Below, piece by piece: positions 17,909-26,362 of a DNA stretch of 32,405 bases (positions are counted from its first letter, which is position 1; each line of letters starts with the position of its first letter). A program made the position numbers and the translations under genes. The notes below the pieces were generated by a model. The model saw only the letters and a list, made by a program, of their open reading frames with translations. It was not told the origin of the DNA and ran no database searches. Location of the stretch: assembly GCA_016206725.1 (NCBI GenBank), contig JACQRA010000016.1, positions 1 to 32,405 on the forward strand, in the 5' to 3' direction. Origin of the DNA: Candidatus Omnitrophota bacterium (GTDB lineage Bacteria; Omnitrophota; Gorgyraeia; Aquiviventales; Aquiviventaceae).

Positions 17909-17913
17909 CCTCC
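17909..17913 (-). promoter_or_regulatory. Shine-Dalgarno (GGAGG) for the extended-SDR gene, overlapping the preceding stop codon
   Basis: Reverse strand reads TAGGAGGCAGATGATG. GGAGG is 3 nt from the first ATG and 6 nt from the second. Confidence 0.45.
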
Positions 17914-18461
17914 TACGGCTGTTCCTGACGATCGCCTCTTTGTCTGAGCACGGTCGCGGGCACCCCAGCCGCCACCGTGTAGGGTGGGATGTCATGTGTG
18001 ACGACGCTATGGGCGCCGATGACGCAACCACGTCCGATCCGGACGCTGCGCGTGACCACCACATGACTCCCCAGCCAGCAGTCGTCTTCGATCACAATCG
18101 CACCGCCCCGATGGCCTTGGTCCTTGATCGGGATCGCCGGGTCGGAAAACACGTGATCGGCCGCCCGAAGGACGCAATAGGGGCCAATGAGAACATTGTT
18201 CCCAATCTCGATTGCTCCCCCATCGCTGGGGTCGAGGACGACGCCGATATTCATGGACACCCCCTCGCCAATCTTCACCCCCTCCGGGCAGTAGATCTTC
18301 AGGCCAGACATCGAATGGAAGCGGCCCGCCTGCTGAAGGAAGCGCCTGTAAAAGGCGTACCGCGCGGCGCCACAGTGATCCGGCAGCATCGCCACAAGCT
18401 GTTGACCGGCATAGAAGCACTCCACGCCGATCCGGCGCTTGAGAGACACCCAAAAGGACAT
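17913..18461 (-). CDS. Left-handed beta-helix (hexapeptide-repeat) acetyltransferase, LacA/WbbJ-like sugar O-acetyltransferase type
   Basis: ATG 18461 lies 1 nt after the upstream TAA. Hexapeptide repeats: IGEGVSMNIGVVL, IEIGNNVLIGPYCVL, IVIEDDCWLGSHVVVTRSVRIGRGCVIGAHSVV, ending AAGVPATVL. Confidence 0.85.
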   Translation of the reverse strand: MSFWVSLKRRIGVECFYAGQQLVAMLPDHCGAARYAFYRRFLQQAGRFHSMSGLKIYCPEGVKIGEGVSMNIGVVLDPSDGGAIEIGNNVLIGPYCVLRAADHVFSDPAIPIKDQGHRGGAIVIEDDCWLGSHVVVTRSVRIGRGCVIGAHSVVTHDIPPYTVAAGVPATVLRQRGDRQEQP

Positions 18462-18462
18462 C

Positions 18463-19209
18463 TTAGTCCCCACCAGCCACGGTCAGGATCTCCCCGGTGA
18501 TGTAATCGCCGGCCCTCGAGGCGAGAAACAGGGCCATGCGAGCGACCTCCACAGGCCGACCGGCTCGTTTGAGCGGAATGAGTTGGATGCGCTTCGCGGC
18601 CTGCGTTCTTCCGATCTTCCGATGAAAGGCCGTCTCGATAAATCCGGCCCGAATGGCATTGACGAGGATGCCATGCGAAGCCCCACACCTCGCCATCCCG
18701 ACCGTGACCGCCTCCATGGCGGCCTTCGCGGCGCCATAATGCAGCGTCTCGGGCGACACGCCGTATTTTGCTGCAATCGAACTGATGTTGATGATCTTCC
18801 CACCCCGCCGCCGCATGAGCCGGAACGCCTCGCGTGCGAGCAGAAACGGCGCGCGCGCGTTCAGGGCCATGGTGCGATCCCAGGACGCTTCCGCGAGTGT
18901 GGCAAACTGGCGGGGACCGAAGACCGCTCCGGCGTTATTCACCAGCACATCAATGCCGCGAAACCGTTTGACGAACGTCTCCATCACCCTGACACACGCT
19001 TGCGGATCCAGGAGATCGCCGTGGCACGCCACCGCCTCCCCGCCACGTCGCGTCACCTCACGACACAGCGCGCGGGCCTGTCGTTCGTTCCGACAGTAGT
19101 GAATGCCGAGGCGCGCACCCTCCGCGGCAAAGAGCCGCGCCATCGCGGTGCCGATCCCCCCGCTGGCGCCGGTGATGAGGACCCGCTTCCCCTTCAGGCC
19201 GTTGAACAT
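18463..19209 (-). CDS. Classical short-chain dehydrogenase/reductase (SDR)
   Basis: Track ORF trimmed to ATG 19209 (MFNGLKGKRVLITGASGGIGTAMA), giving a 16-nt overlap with the upstream gene end. Motifs: NNAG, and the catalytic YGAAK preceded by ISSIAA. Confidence 0.9.
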   Translation of the reverse strand: MFNGLKGKRVLITGASGGIGTAMARLFAAEGARLGIHYCRNERQARALCREVTRRGGEAVACHGDLLDPQACVRVMETFVKRFRGIDVLVNNAGAVFGPRQFATLAEASWDRTMALNARAPFLLAREAFRLMRRRGGKIINISSIAAKYGVSPETLHYGAAKAAMEAVTVGMARCGASHGILVNAIRAGFIETAFHRKIGRTQAAKRIQLIPLKRAGRPVEVARMALFLASRAGDYITGEILTVAGGD

Positions 19210-19979
19210 GTCGTGCGTCTCCTCGGCGCGGTGGGGTACGGGGTCTGCGTGTCGGAGAAGCCATGCGCCCGCAGCCAGTATTCCACCATGGGAACCTGCC
19301 ACTTGAAATCGACGTCGCAGCCGCCCCACTGCTTCAAGGGAGCGATGCGACGCCCCATCCAGCGTTGGGGCAAGAGTCCGTGCGGCAACTGCTCAAGGCA
19401 CTGCGGACGGACGATGGAGACCCCCATGTCGGCGAAATAGACGTCGCCCTGCGAGTCACGGTCGCAGTTGAGGGTAGCCGGATCCCCAAAGGTTTCCAGC
19501 GGAACAAATGGCTGCAGACAGCCGTCATCACCCAGCTTGCGCGCCCGCAGGGGACTCCACATGTTGTACGGCGAGACGGTCACGACCGAATCCAGCCTCG
19601 GATCACGGCGCAGGATCTCGACCCCCTCATCGATTGTGTCCGCCAAGACGGTCGGGGCGTTACAGAAGAGCAGCACCATCAGCTCGACAGGTTTCTTGAG
19701 CGTGTCGCGAATGTAGCGGAACCCATGAGCGAAGGCGTCTTCACCCAGGGCCGTTTTGGTCGCCAGTTCCGGCGGACGTTCGATGATCGTCGTGCCGTGT
19801 TCTCGGGCGAGCTGTTTGATACGCTCCGAATCGGTTGACACATAGATTTCGTCCACGGCTTGCGCATGGAGGGCCGCCAGCAGCGGGTAGGCCATGAGCG
19901 GCCGTCCGAGTACCAGGTGGGTGTTTTTCCCCGGAAACCCCACGCTCCCTTCACGGCCCAACAGGAGTGCGGCGATCAT
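19194..19979 (-). CDS. Divergent CTP_transf_3-family cytidylyltransferase (CMP-sugar synthetase-like), copy 2
   Basis: Trimmed to ATG 19979 (2 nt after the upstream TAA). MIAALLLGREGSVGFPGKN corresponds to the ARGGSKG-x-KN P-loop of NeuA/KdsB-type enzymes but is diverged. It is followed by IYVSTDSERI. Confidence 0.75.
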   Translation of the reverse strand: MIAALLLGREGSVGFPGKNTHLVLGRPLMAYPLLAALHAQAVDEIYVSTDSERIKQLAREHGTTIIERPPELATKTALGEDAFAHGFRYIRDTLKKPVELMVLLFCNAPTVLADTIDEGVEILRRDPRLDSVVTVSPYNMWSPLRARKLGDDGCLQPFVPLETFGDPATLNCDRDSQGDVYFADMGVSIVRPQCLEQLPHGLLPQRWMGRRIAPLKQWGGCDVDFKWQVPMVEYWLRAHGFSDTQTPYPTAPRRRTTCSTA

Positions 19980-19981
19980 CG

Positions 19982-21139
19982 TTAGACCACCGTACAGCGG
20001 TTGCACGGTGAGCAGCGTGGCCGCTGTGACGTCAGATGGCGTTCACGGAGCTCTTCGTACCGTTCTGAACGCCACAAGGCGCTCAGAGACTGCTCGTTGG
20101 CACTACCGATGGTGAGCGTTGACTTGTAATCCACGTCGCACGGGTTCACGGTTCCGTCCCACCAGACAAACATCCGCCGCCATAAATCGGAGCAGGCGGT
20201 CTCGACGCCGGTGGCCGGGTGGTCGTAGACGTTTTCCCACGGGTTGTACGTCACGAAGGCCACCTGATCCACGAACTCCTCCCAGACCGAGGCCATCCGC
20301 TCCAGATCCGGCGTGCCGGGAACACTCACACCAGAGACGCGCGTGATCACGCGCGAGCGGGGGTAATGGTCCGCCCGAATTCGGTGGAACCGCTCAATGT
20401 TGGCCCGCACCTCGGCAAACCGGCCGCCGACGCGCAGGCGCTCGTACAATGCCGCGTCGGCCGCCTCCACAGAAAAGACCACCGTGTTCACCTCAGCTTC
20501 CAGAATCGCATGGCAGGCGGCCTCATCCAGCCGCGAGGCGTTGGTGTTGAGCTTCAGCGCCAAGAACTTGCCCTTGGCGTAGGCCAGCATCGCGTCAATG
20601 TCCGGACACAGCAGCGGCTCGCCCCGCGAGGCCAGCGTCACCGCCTCACAGCAGCCCCCCGCCTCATCAATCACGCGCTTGAAGAGGTCGAGGGACATCA
20701 CACCCATGTAGCCGTTCGTCCGCTTCGTCAAACCGGCATCCGTCTGGTAGCAGAACACGCATCGGTAGTTGCAGACCGAGGCCGGTTCCACCTGGAGGCA
20801 CGGCGGAAACGCGTCCAAGATGTTCCTGCTCGGATACGTCTCATACCGGTAGCGGTACCACAGGTACCGCGGCAACGCCTCGTCAGGAAGTCGGCTGATC
20901 TCTTCCACCACGTACGTCTGCAGGACAAACGGCACGCCGTCCTGAGGCGGCGCCTCGCCGAACAGCTCTGCGCAGGCTTGACGCACCACGGCCCGACGGC
21001 CCGTGTCAGGCTCGAGCGCCTCGAGTCGGTCTCGCACCCGCGCGATTCGCCTGAAGACATCCTCCGCCACCGGGCTGCGGTGATGCATCGCGGCGAAGCT
21101 ATCGTGTTTCTGGTAGGTGGCGACTCCCTTGATGGCCAT
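19982..21139 (-). CDS. Radical SAM enzyme with partial SPASM/twitch C-terminal domain and ~110-aa N-terminal extension
   Basis: ATG 21139. The radical SAM cluster is VEPASVCNYRCVFC (CX3CX2C). The C-terminal CSDLWRRMFVWWDGTVNPC fits CX12GX4C, followed by RCSPCNRC (CX2CX2C). Confidence 0.85.
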   Translation of the reverse strand: MAIKGVATYQKHDSFAAMHHRSPVAEDVFRRIARVRDRLEALEPDTGRRAVVRQACAELFGEAPPQDGVPFVLQTYVVEEISRLPDEALPRYLWYRYRYETYPSRNILDAFPPCLQVEPASVCNYRCVFCYQTDAGLTKRTNGYMGVMSLDLFKRVIDEAGGCCEAVTLASRGEPLLCPDIDAMLAYAKGKFLALKLNTNASRLDEAACHAILEAEVNTVVFSVEAADAALYERLRVGGRFAEVRANIERFHRIRADHYPRSRVITRVSGVSVPGTPDLERMASVWEEFVDQVAFVTYNPWENVYDHPATGVETACSDLWRRMFVWWDGTVNPCDVDYKSTLTIGSANEQSLSALWRSERYEELRERHLTSQRPRCSPCNRCTVV

Positions 21140-21143
21140 GTCC

Positions 21144-22916
21144 TCACACGTGAGAAGCGCTCGGCGGTGGCAGCTCGCTCAGGGTGTCCGACCAACGAGA
21201 CGCCCAGTGACGGTCCACCAGCGCGTAACGCTCCACGAATTGATGACGCGCCTGGCGGACGTCTGTGCGGCGCCACCACGCCTGTGGCTGGTCGCACACG
21301 GTTGCGACGTGGCCGGCCGCAGCCTCCGGCTCATCCCACAAGATCCCCGCCTCACGCAGCGCGTGAAGGTATGGCGCGGCCTCCGCCCGGACCTCCCACC
21401 GCCGTGGATCCCAGAAGAGCACGGTCGGGATATTGGCGGCAAGCGTTTCGAGGAAGACCGTCGCCGAATGATCCACGATGACCAGCCGGGCCTTCGCGAA
21501 CTGTCGATGAATCGGCACCGCCGGCTGCCACCGGACCTCCGGAAACCGTTCACGGATGCCTTCCTCTACGGCATGCCCATAGTCATGGGGATACGGACGA
21601 AAGAGCACCCGGCGTCGCACCCGTTCAGGCAGGGCGTCCAGGAACCGACGCTGCCAACGGAAGTATTCCTCCACTTGACCGCCCACCGGCGTGGACTGAA
21701 ACTGGTAGAGGTACCGGGGATGCGCGGTGGTAACGAACAAGAACGCACCGTCCCGCGCCGCGGGCGCGTGGCGCAGCGTGCGAGTGAGCGCCGAGAGATT
21801 CGGAGACGGCAGATTCCGGCAGATGGGGTGATGATCCCCGGCCCAGCCCCATACTAGAAAGGCGTCCGAGAGGCGAGCCTCGTGTCGTTCGATCGGCGAA
21901 AAGCGATAGAGCCCGTATCCGCCGCCGTGCTGCACCGAAATGAGCCGACCGCCGCCGGCTGACACCTCGGCCGCGAGGAAGCGAAACGGGCTGTTGCTAT
22001 ACCACGTGTTGGTCGCCACGAGGACGGCAGGAACTGCTGGATAGCGACGCCGCACTTCCTCCCTGGCTTGTCGGTAGCCTTCGAGGAAGAGCGTGGGAAG
22101 GTGAAACGGCAGCATCGGCATGACGAGCCGCTCAAAGGGATCTCCACTGGGCAGGCGGGAGAGCCCATTCCGAGCCTCGTCAAACCTCGCGTCGGGGAGC
22201 GCGAATCCCCAATCCCTCGACACCTCCAACGGCATGACGCGGCCGGCCGTCTTCCAGGCCAATGACCAGCTCATCATCCGCGATCGACAGACATCCTGCA
22301 GTCCCACCTTCCACCGACGACGTAGCGCGCGCCGGACCATGTCTTCGCCGCGCCGTATGCCGACACGCCGAGGGCTCTGACACGCGCCATTGACCGCGTC
22401 CTCCGGCGCGGCTCTCCCTCGTGCCGGAAACGCATGCCCCATTCCCGCGAGGAGCTGAGAGAAGAGCTGGAGGTTGGCGAAATCGTCATGGAGCCAGCCA
22501 CGGGCTTGCTCAGGCTCCTGCGGCACACGAAACGACCGGGGATCGAGCACGAGGGTCCGCAGGTTGGGAGCCTGCTGGAAGGCCTCCGTGAGATGGACAT
22601 AACGGTCGTAGGCGGCATGAAGGAAGGACAGCAACCATGACCCAAGGAGCACGCGCCACGACTGCAGCGGATACGCAACGCCATGAACCGCGTTCAGGTA
22701 GTTGGCCAGACGCTCGAGCATCCGTTCACCACAGCCATCCACATAGTCGGCGGCTTCGTAGAAGCGCTCTCGGTCATTCCAGGGCGAGGGCATCACGCGG
22801 AAGCGCAGGTGCGCCCAGTACCTCCGTTGATCCTGGCGAAGGCACCAAGAACCCAGGCACAGGACTTCCTCGCGGGGATCCCAGAAGTCGGTCAATGCCG
22901 TCGTCGCGAGGAACAT
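21144..22916 (-). CDS. Large (590 aa) putative transferase resembling the 'LIC12162 family' found in nonulosonic-acid loci
   Basis: Trimmed to ATG 22916 (1 nt after the upstream TAA). The N-terminus MFLATTALTDFWDPREEVLCLGSWC and the central ISVQHGGGYGL...AFLVWGW match my memory of that family. The C-terminal ARLVIVDHSATVFLETLAANIPTVLFW looks like a GT-B donor-domain helix. The family assignment is from recall and is not searched. Confidence 0.7.
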   Translation of the reverse strand: MFLATTALTDFWDPREEVLCLGSWCLRQDQRRYWAHLRFRVMPSPWNDRERFYEAADYVDGCGERMLERLANYLNAVHGVAYPLQSWRVLLGSWLLSFLHAAYDRYVHLTEAFQQAPNLRTLVLDPRSFRVPQEPEQARGWLHDDFANLQLFSQLLAGMGHAFPARGRAAPEDAVNGACQSPRRVGIRRGEDMVRRALRRRWKVGLQDVCRSRMMSWSLAWKTAGRVMPLEVSRDWGFALPDARFDEARNGLSRLPSGDPFERLVMPMLPFHLPTLFLEGYRQAREEVRRRYPAVPAVLVATNTWYSNSPFRFLAAEVSAGGGRLISVQHGGGYGLYRFSPIERHEARLSDAFLVWGWAGDHHPICRNLPSPNLSALTRTLRHAPAARDGAFLFVTTAHPRYLYQFQSTPVGGQVEEYFRWQRRFLDALPERVRRRVLFRPYPHDYGHAVEEGIRERFPEVRWQPAVPIHRQFAKARLVIVDHSATVFLETLAANIPTVLFWDPRRWEVRAEAAPYLHALREAGILWDEPEAAAGHVATVCDQPQAWWRRTDVRQARHQFVERYALVDRHWASRWSDTLSELPPPSASHV

Positions 22917-22917
22917 C

Positions 22918-24492
22918 TTACCGACGCGCTCTCCCGGCGGCCAATCGTGGCACGACACCCGACCATCCCCCCCGCCACACCATCCATCCCATCGCGCCCC
23001 AGACGGCAACCGCCAAGACGGTTCGTCCCATAAAGACCGTCAGGACCGGCGACGTCCCCTCATAGGAGAAGGGCCCCAGGTGATACACGCCAAAAAGCCC
23101 GCCGGTCACCAGAACGAGTCCTCCCAGCCATCCGTAGAGCGAGAGGCCGCTTCGCCATCCCGTCACGACATAGCGATGGATCAGCAGCAGCAGCGCCACC
23201 GAGAACATCGTCTGCGCGGCAACGCTACACAGGACGATACCGTGCAACCCCCAGCCGGCACGGATCGCCCACGTCGTCAACCCGATGTGGAGCGCAAAAC
23301 CGCTTCCCCACATCGCGGTGACCAGCCGATGCCGGTTGAGCGTCGCCGAGTTCAAGAGATAGACGGGGACGTTCTGAAGCGTCCCCGCGGCCAACAGAAA
23401 CGCGAAGAGTTCAAAGAGGCCGATGGCCGGCTGATAGCGGGGGAGCAGCCAGTGCACGAGGGCGCCACACCACGCCTGGCTCAGGCTGGTCATCGCGCAC
23501 GTCACCAACAAGAGCCAGCAGAGGAGCCGGCGGATCTGAGGACCAAGCACCTGAGGATTCGCGACCCGTTCGAGCTCAGCCCAGAGGCGCGGATAGATGA
23601 CGATGATGAGATTGATCACCATGAGCACGCCTAAGGACACGCACTGCTTCACGAAGGTGAAATAGCCCAGCTCGGTCAGGGGGAGGGCCACCGCGGCCAT
23701 CGCCTGATCCACGGATCGGAAGCCCCAACACAGAAACGTCTGCAGCGACAGGGGCAGTCCGACGGCCAGTAACCGTCGGCATTCCCGGGGATCCCAACGC
23801 CATCGTAGCGCAAGCGTCGGCGCCCATAACCGGAAGCCGAGGAGCGTCGTCAGAGCGATCACCGTCGTTTTCAACAGGGGGCTGTAGATCTTGAGCCACG
23901 CGATCGTGCTCAGCACAAATATCACAGAGCCAAGGCTGCTCAGCACGGTCGTCTTCGCCATCACCGGAAAGCGTTCACGAATAAAGTGAAGGCCGGTGAC
24001 GAAGTCGGCCGCTTGAGAACCGATGAATCCCACCGCGCCAATGAGCAAACCGTGGCGCAGCCAGGGGTGGGATTGCAGGCAGGCGGCTCCCACCATCACG
24101 CCCGCCACCAGCAGCACCCAGATGCCTTCTCCGGTCACGCCGACATGTTGAAGGGCCGTCGCCTCTCGTGATTTTCCCTGCCCCAAGAGGGCAGTGGCCT
24201 CCCGTTGCGCGGCGCTATAGATACCGGTCTTGGCCATCGAGGCATACAGTTGCCAGACGGCGACGAACCCCACGACCCCCAGCCCTTCCGGTCCCAGCAC
24301 ATGAGCTACCAGAAGCCCAAGGGGAAATTGGATCAACGCATTCAGGATCGTGGCGGCAGAGAGCGCGGTCGATCGACGCAGGAAGGCCCGAAACGACAGC
24401 GCGCTTTCCTTCGCCGGGCCCGTCCACGACTCCACGAGCGCCGGAGGCGGCGCGTGGGAGATGTCCGGGAGGATCGCGGCTTCACGGGTCAT
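22918..24492 (-). CDS. MOP-superfamily polysaccharide/oligosaccharide flippase (Wzx-like)
   Basis: Trimmed to ATG 24492 (ATGA overlap). The protein is 524 aa with ~12-14 hydrophobic helices throughout (ATILNALIQFPLGLLVAHVLGPEGLGVVGF...). This is typical of Polysacc_synt/Wzx proteins. Confidence 0.78.
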   Translation of the reverse strand: MTREAAILPDISHAPPPALVESWTGPAKESALSFRAFLRRSTALSAATILNALIQFPLGLLVAHVLGPEGLGVVGFVAVWQLYASMAKTGIYSAAQREATALLGQGKSREATALQHVGVTGEGIWVLLVAGVMVGAACLQSHPWLRHGLLIGAVGFIGSQAADFVTGLHFIRERFPVMAKTTVLSSLGSVIFVLSTIAWLKIYSPLLKTTVIALTTLLGFRLWAPTLALRWRWDPRECRRLLAVGLPLSLQTFLCWGFRSVDQAMAAVALPLTELGYFTFVKQCVSLGVLMVINLIIVIYPRLWAELERVANPQVLGPQIRRLLCWLLLVTCAMTSLSQAWCGALVHWLLPRYQPAIGLFELFAFLLAAGTLQNVPVYLLNSATLNRHRLVTAMWGSGFALHIGLTTWAIRAGWGLHGIVLCSVAAQTMFSVALLLLIHRYVVTGWRSGLSLYGWLGGLVLVTGGLFGVYHLGPFSYEGTSPVLTVFMGRTVLAVAVWGAMGWMVWRGGWSGVVPRLAAGRARR

Positions 24493-25295
24493 TTGCGCGC
24501 TTCCACATAGAGGGAACACCCTGCCCGATGAGGCCGCTCGAGATTCCGCAACACGAGACCGGCAATCCCCGTCACACCGTTCTCGCGCCGGGCGATCTCC
24601 CGGAACCCGGCCTCGGCCAGCAGACGGCGGAGCTTCTCAAAATAGATCGGTGTCACATGTCCTCCGCTCACGCGCTGCTCAGCCGTCTGCAGCGAGACGC
24701 ACCACTGACCAAACGCTTCCAGACTGAGGGAAGCCAGTCTCACCTCGACCTCTTCCCGGCTTGCGAACACAGGAATCTGGCCGTTGCGCTCGTCAATATA
24801 CGAGGACGCCAGCCCCAAGAGGGCCATGTGGTCCTCGGCATAGACCTCCGGCAACCGCAACGCGTCGACCAGGCTCCTCCGATTCTCCTGACACAAGGGA
24901 TCAAGCACCGTGCGGTCGCCCTGCCGGTAGGCCTGGACGGTCTTTTCAAGGTCCGGCGCTTCGATCCGGATGGCGCCGCCCGGCTTGAGCACCCGGTAAC
25001 ACTCCCGCAACAGATACGCGAGTGCCGACTCATCAATGTGCTCCACGGTATGGGCCGAGTAGATGAGCGATTGCGAATGGTCTGGAAACGGCCACGCAAC
25101 CCGCCGGCGGAAATCCAGCGTCACATCGGCGCCCTCGACGTCCACCGTGATCCAGTCCGGCCGGATGCCGTAGCGGTTCTGCTCTCCCACGGCGAGCTTT
25201 CCCGACGAGAAGTTGGCGGTCACCAGGCGGCGCACCCAGCGCCGCTCCTGGATGCGGGCATACCCTCTTCGGAGGAGCCGTTTCAGGGCGCGCAT
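24489..25295 (-). CDS. Class I methyltransferase-fold protein (Methyltransf_11/23-like) with degenerate SAM motif I
   Basis: The ATG at 25295 overlaps the upstream TGA by 1 nt (TGATG). Post-motif regions are intact (SLIYSAHTVEHIDESALAYLLRECYRVLKPGGAIRIEAPD). Where relatives have LxLGCG, this protein has KLAVGEQ. Confidence 0.7.
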   Translation of the reverse strand: MRALKRLLRRGYARIQERRWVRRLVTANFSSGKLAVGEQNRYGIRPDWITVDVEGADVTLDFRRRVAWPFPDHSQSLIYSAHTVEHIDESALAYLLRECYRVLKPGGAIRIEAPDLEKTVQAYRQGDRTVLDPLCQENRRSLVDALRLPEVYAEDHMALLGLASSYIDERNGQIPVFASREEVEVRLASLSLEAFGQWCVSLQTAEQRVSGGHVTPIYFEKLRRLLAEAGFREIARRENGVTGIAGLVLRNLERPHRAGCSLYVEARK

Positions 25296-26362
25296 CAGCC
25301 GCTCATCACCACGGCACCCGTTCGCCGGGCGGGATCCAGCTCAGGATGGTAGTTCCACAGCCGTCCGGTCGCCGTGATCTCGTCGCGAAGACGCCGCGCT
25401 TCGCGCAACACCTCGCCGGCCAACGACCCCCACCGAATCCCCGCGCGCGAGGCCGCCTCGCGGACGGCGGGCGGCAAGGCGCCGGTGGCATGAAAGGCCA
25501 GCGTGTCGCAGAAGAACAGCTCTCCTCCCGCGCCCGACGGGCGGCTCACCTCGGCATGTTCCGCCTGCGCCCGCCCCAGGCAATGCCGGAGAAAATAGTC
25601 GGCATACGCCGACCGGCTCACGTTGACGTACAGTGTGAGCTTGGTCTTCTCCGGCGGCGTCTGGAACATGTGCAGCCCCTGCTCCGCCTCCGTCAGCCGC
25701 CGCCTCTGGCGCACCGACAGGGTGCTGCTATGCCAGAGGAACGAATGAAAGAACACGGCGTCTCCCTGCCGAATCGGCACCCGTTGAGCGTTCCAGAGAA
25801 CCCCCAGCCGCCCGGCGAGCTGCCGGAGGTTCCAGTCCCGGCGCGCATCGCCGGTGCGCAGCGGCAGGCGGTGCGAGCCGGGGACCACGTCGATACCACC
25901 CCCAAACTCCGGATCGTTGTCCTGCAGGTAGAGCCCGCCCTTGAGCACGCGGTACGCCGGCTCCAGGTGGAGCGGACGGAAACCCTCGGAGCAGGCGTCC
26001 TGATGCCACCCCCACCGCCGGGGCAGCGGGATGCCCTTCACGTCCACGCGGTTCGTCCCGAACATGTTCCGTTGGATGTGCAGGTCCGGCATCAGTGTGT
26101 AGGCCGGCTCAAGGATGGCGCGCAGCGTCTCCACGACGGGCTCGCGCAGCAGCCACTCCCACGCGCCCTCCACGTCGGAGGCGAGGGACGTCGGCAGGTA
26201 ACGGACCACCCGCCCCGGCAGCCGCGTGTCGAGACGCTCGAAGGCCGCGAGGATGCGCTCGCGCAGCGCCTGGCACTCTGCCGGGCTGAGGACTCCCCGG
26301 ATGAGTGTGTAACCGTCCCGTTCAAACTGTCGTTGGAGCGCTTCGGTCTGTCCGGCGATCAT
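25295..26362 (-). CDS. Phytanoyl-CoA dioxygenase (PhyH)-family Fe(II)/2-oxoglutarate-dependent oxygenase
   Basis: ATG 26362 (ATGA overlap). The N-terminus LQRQFERDGYTLIRGVLSPAECQALR is PhyH-like. The HxD iron ligands are in GWHQDA, and the distal His lies in VFFHSFLWHSS. Confidence 0.85.
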   Translation of the reverse strand: MIAGQTEALQRQFERDGYTLIRGVLSPAECQALRERILAAFERLDTRLPGRVVRYLPTSLASDVEGAWEWLLREPVVETLRAILEPAYTLMPDLHIQRNMFGTNRVDVKGIPLPRRWGWHQDACSEGFRPLHLEPAYRVLKGGLYLQDNDPEFGGGIDVVPGSHRLPLRTGDARRDWNLRQLAGRLGVLWNAQRVPIRQGDAVFFHSFLWHSSTLSVRQRRRLTEAEQGLHMFQTPPEKTKLTLYVNVSRSAYADYFLRHCLGRAQAEHAEVSRPSGAGGELFFCDTLAFHATGALPPAVREAASRAGIRWGSLAGEVLREARRLRDEITATGRLWNYHPELDPARRTGAVVMSG

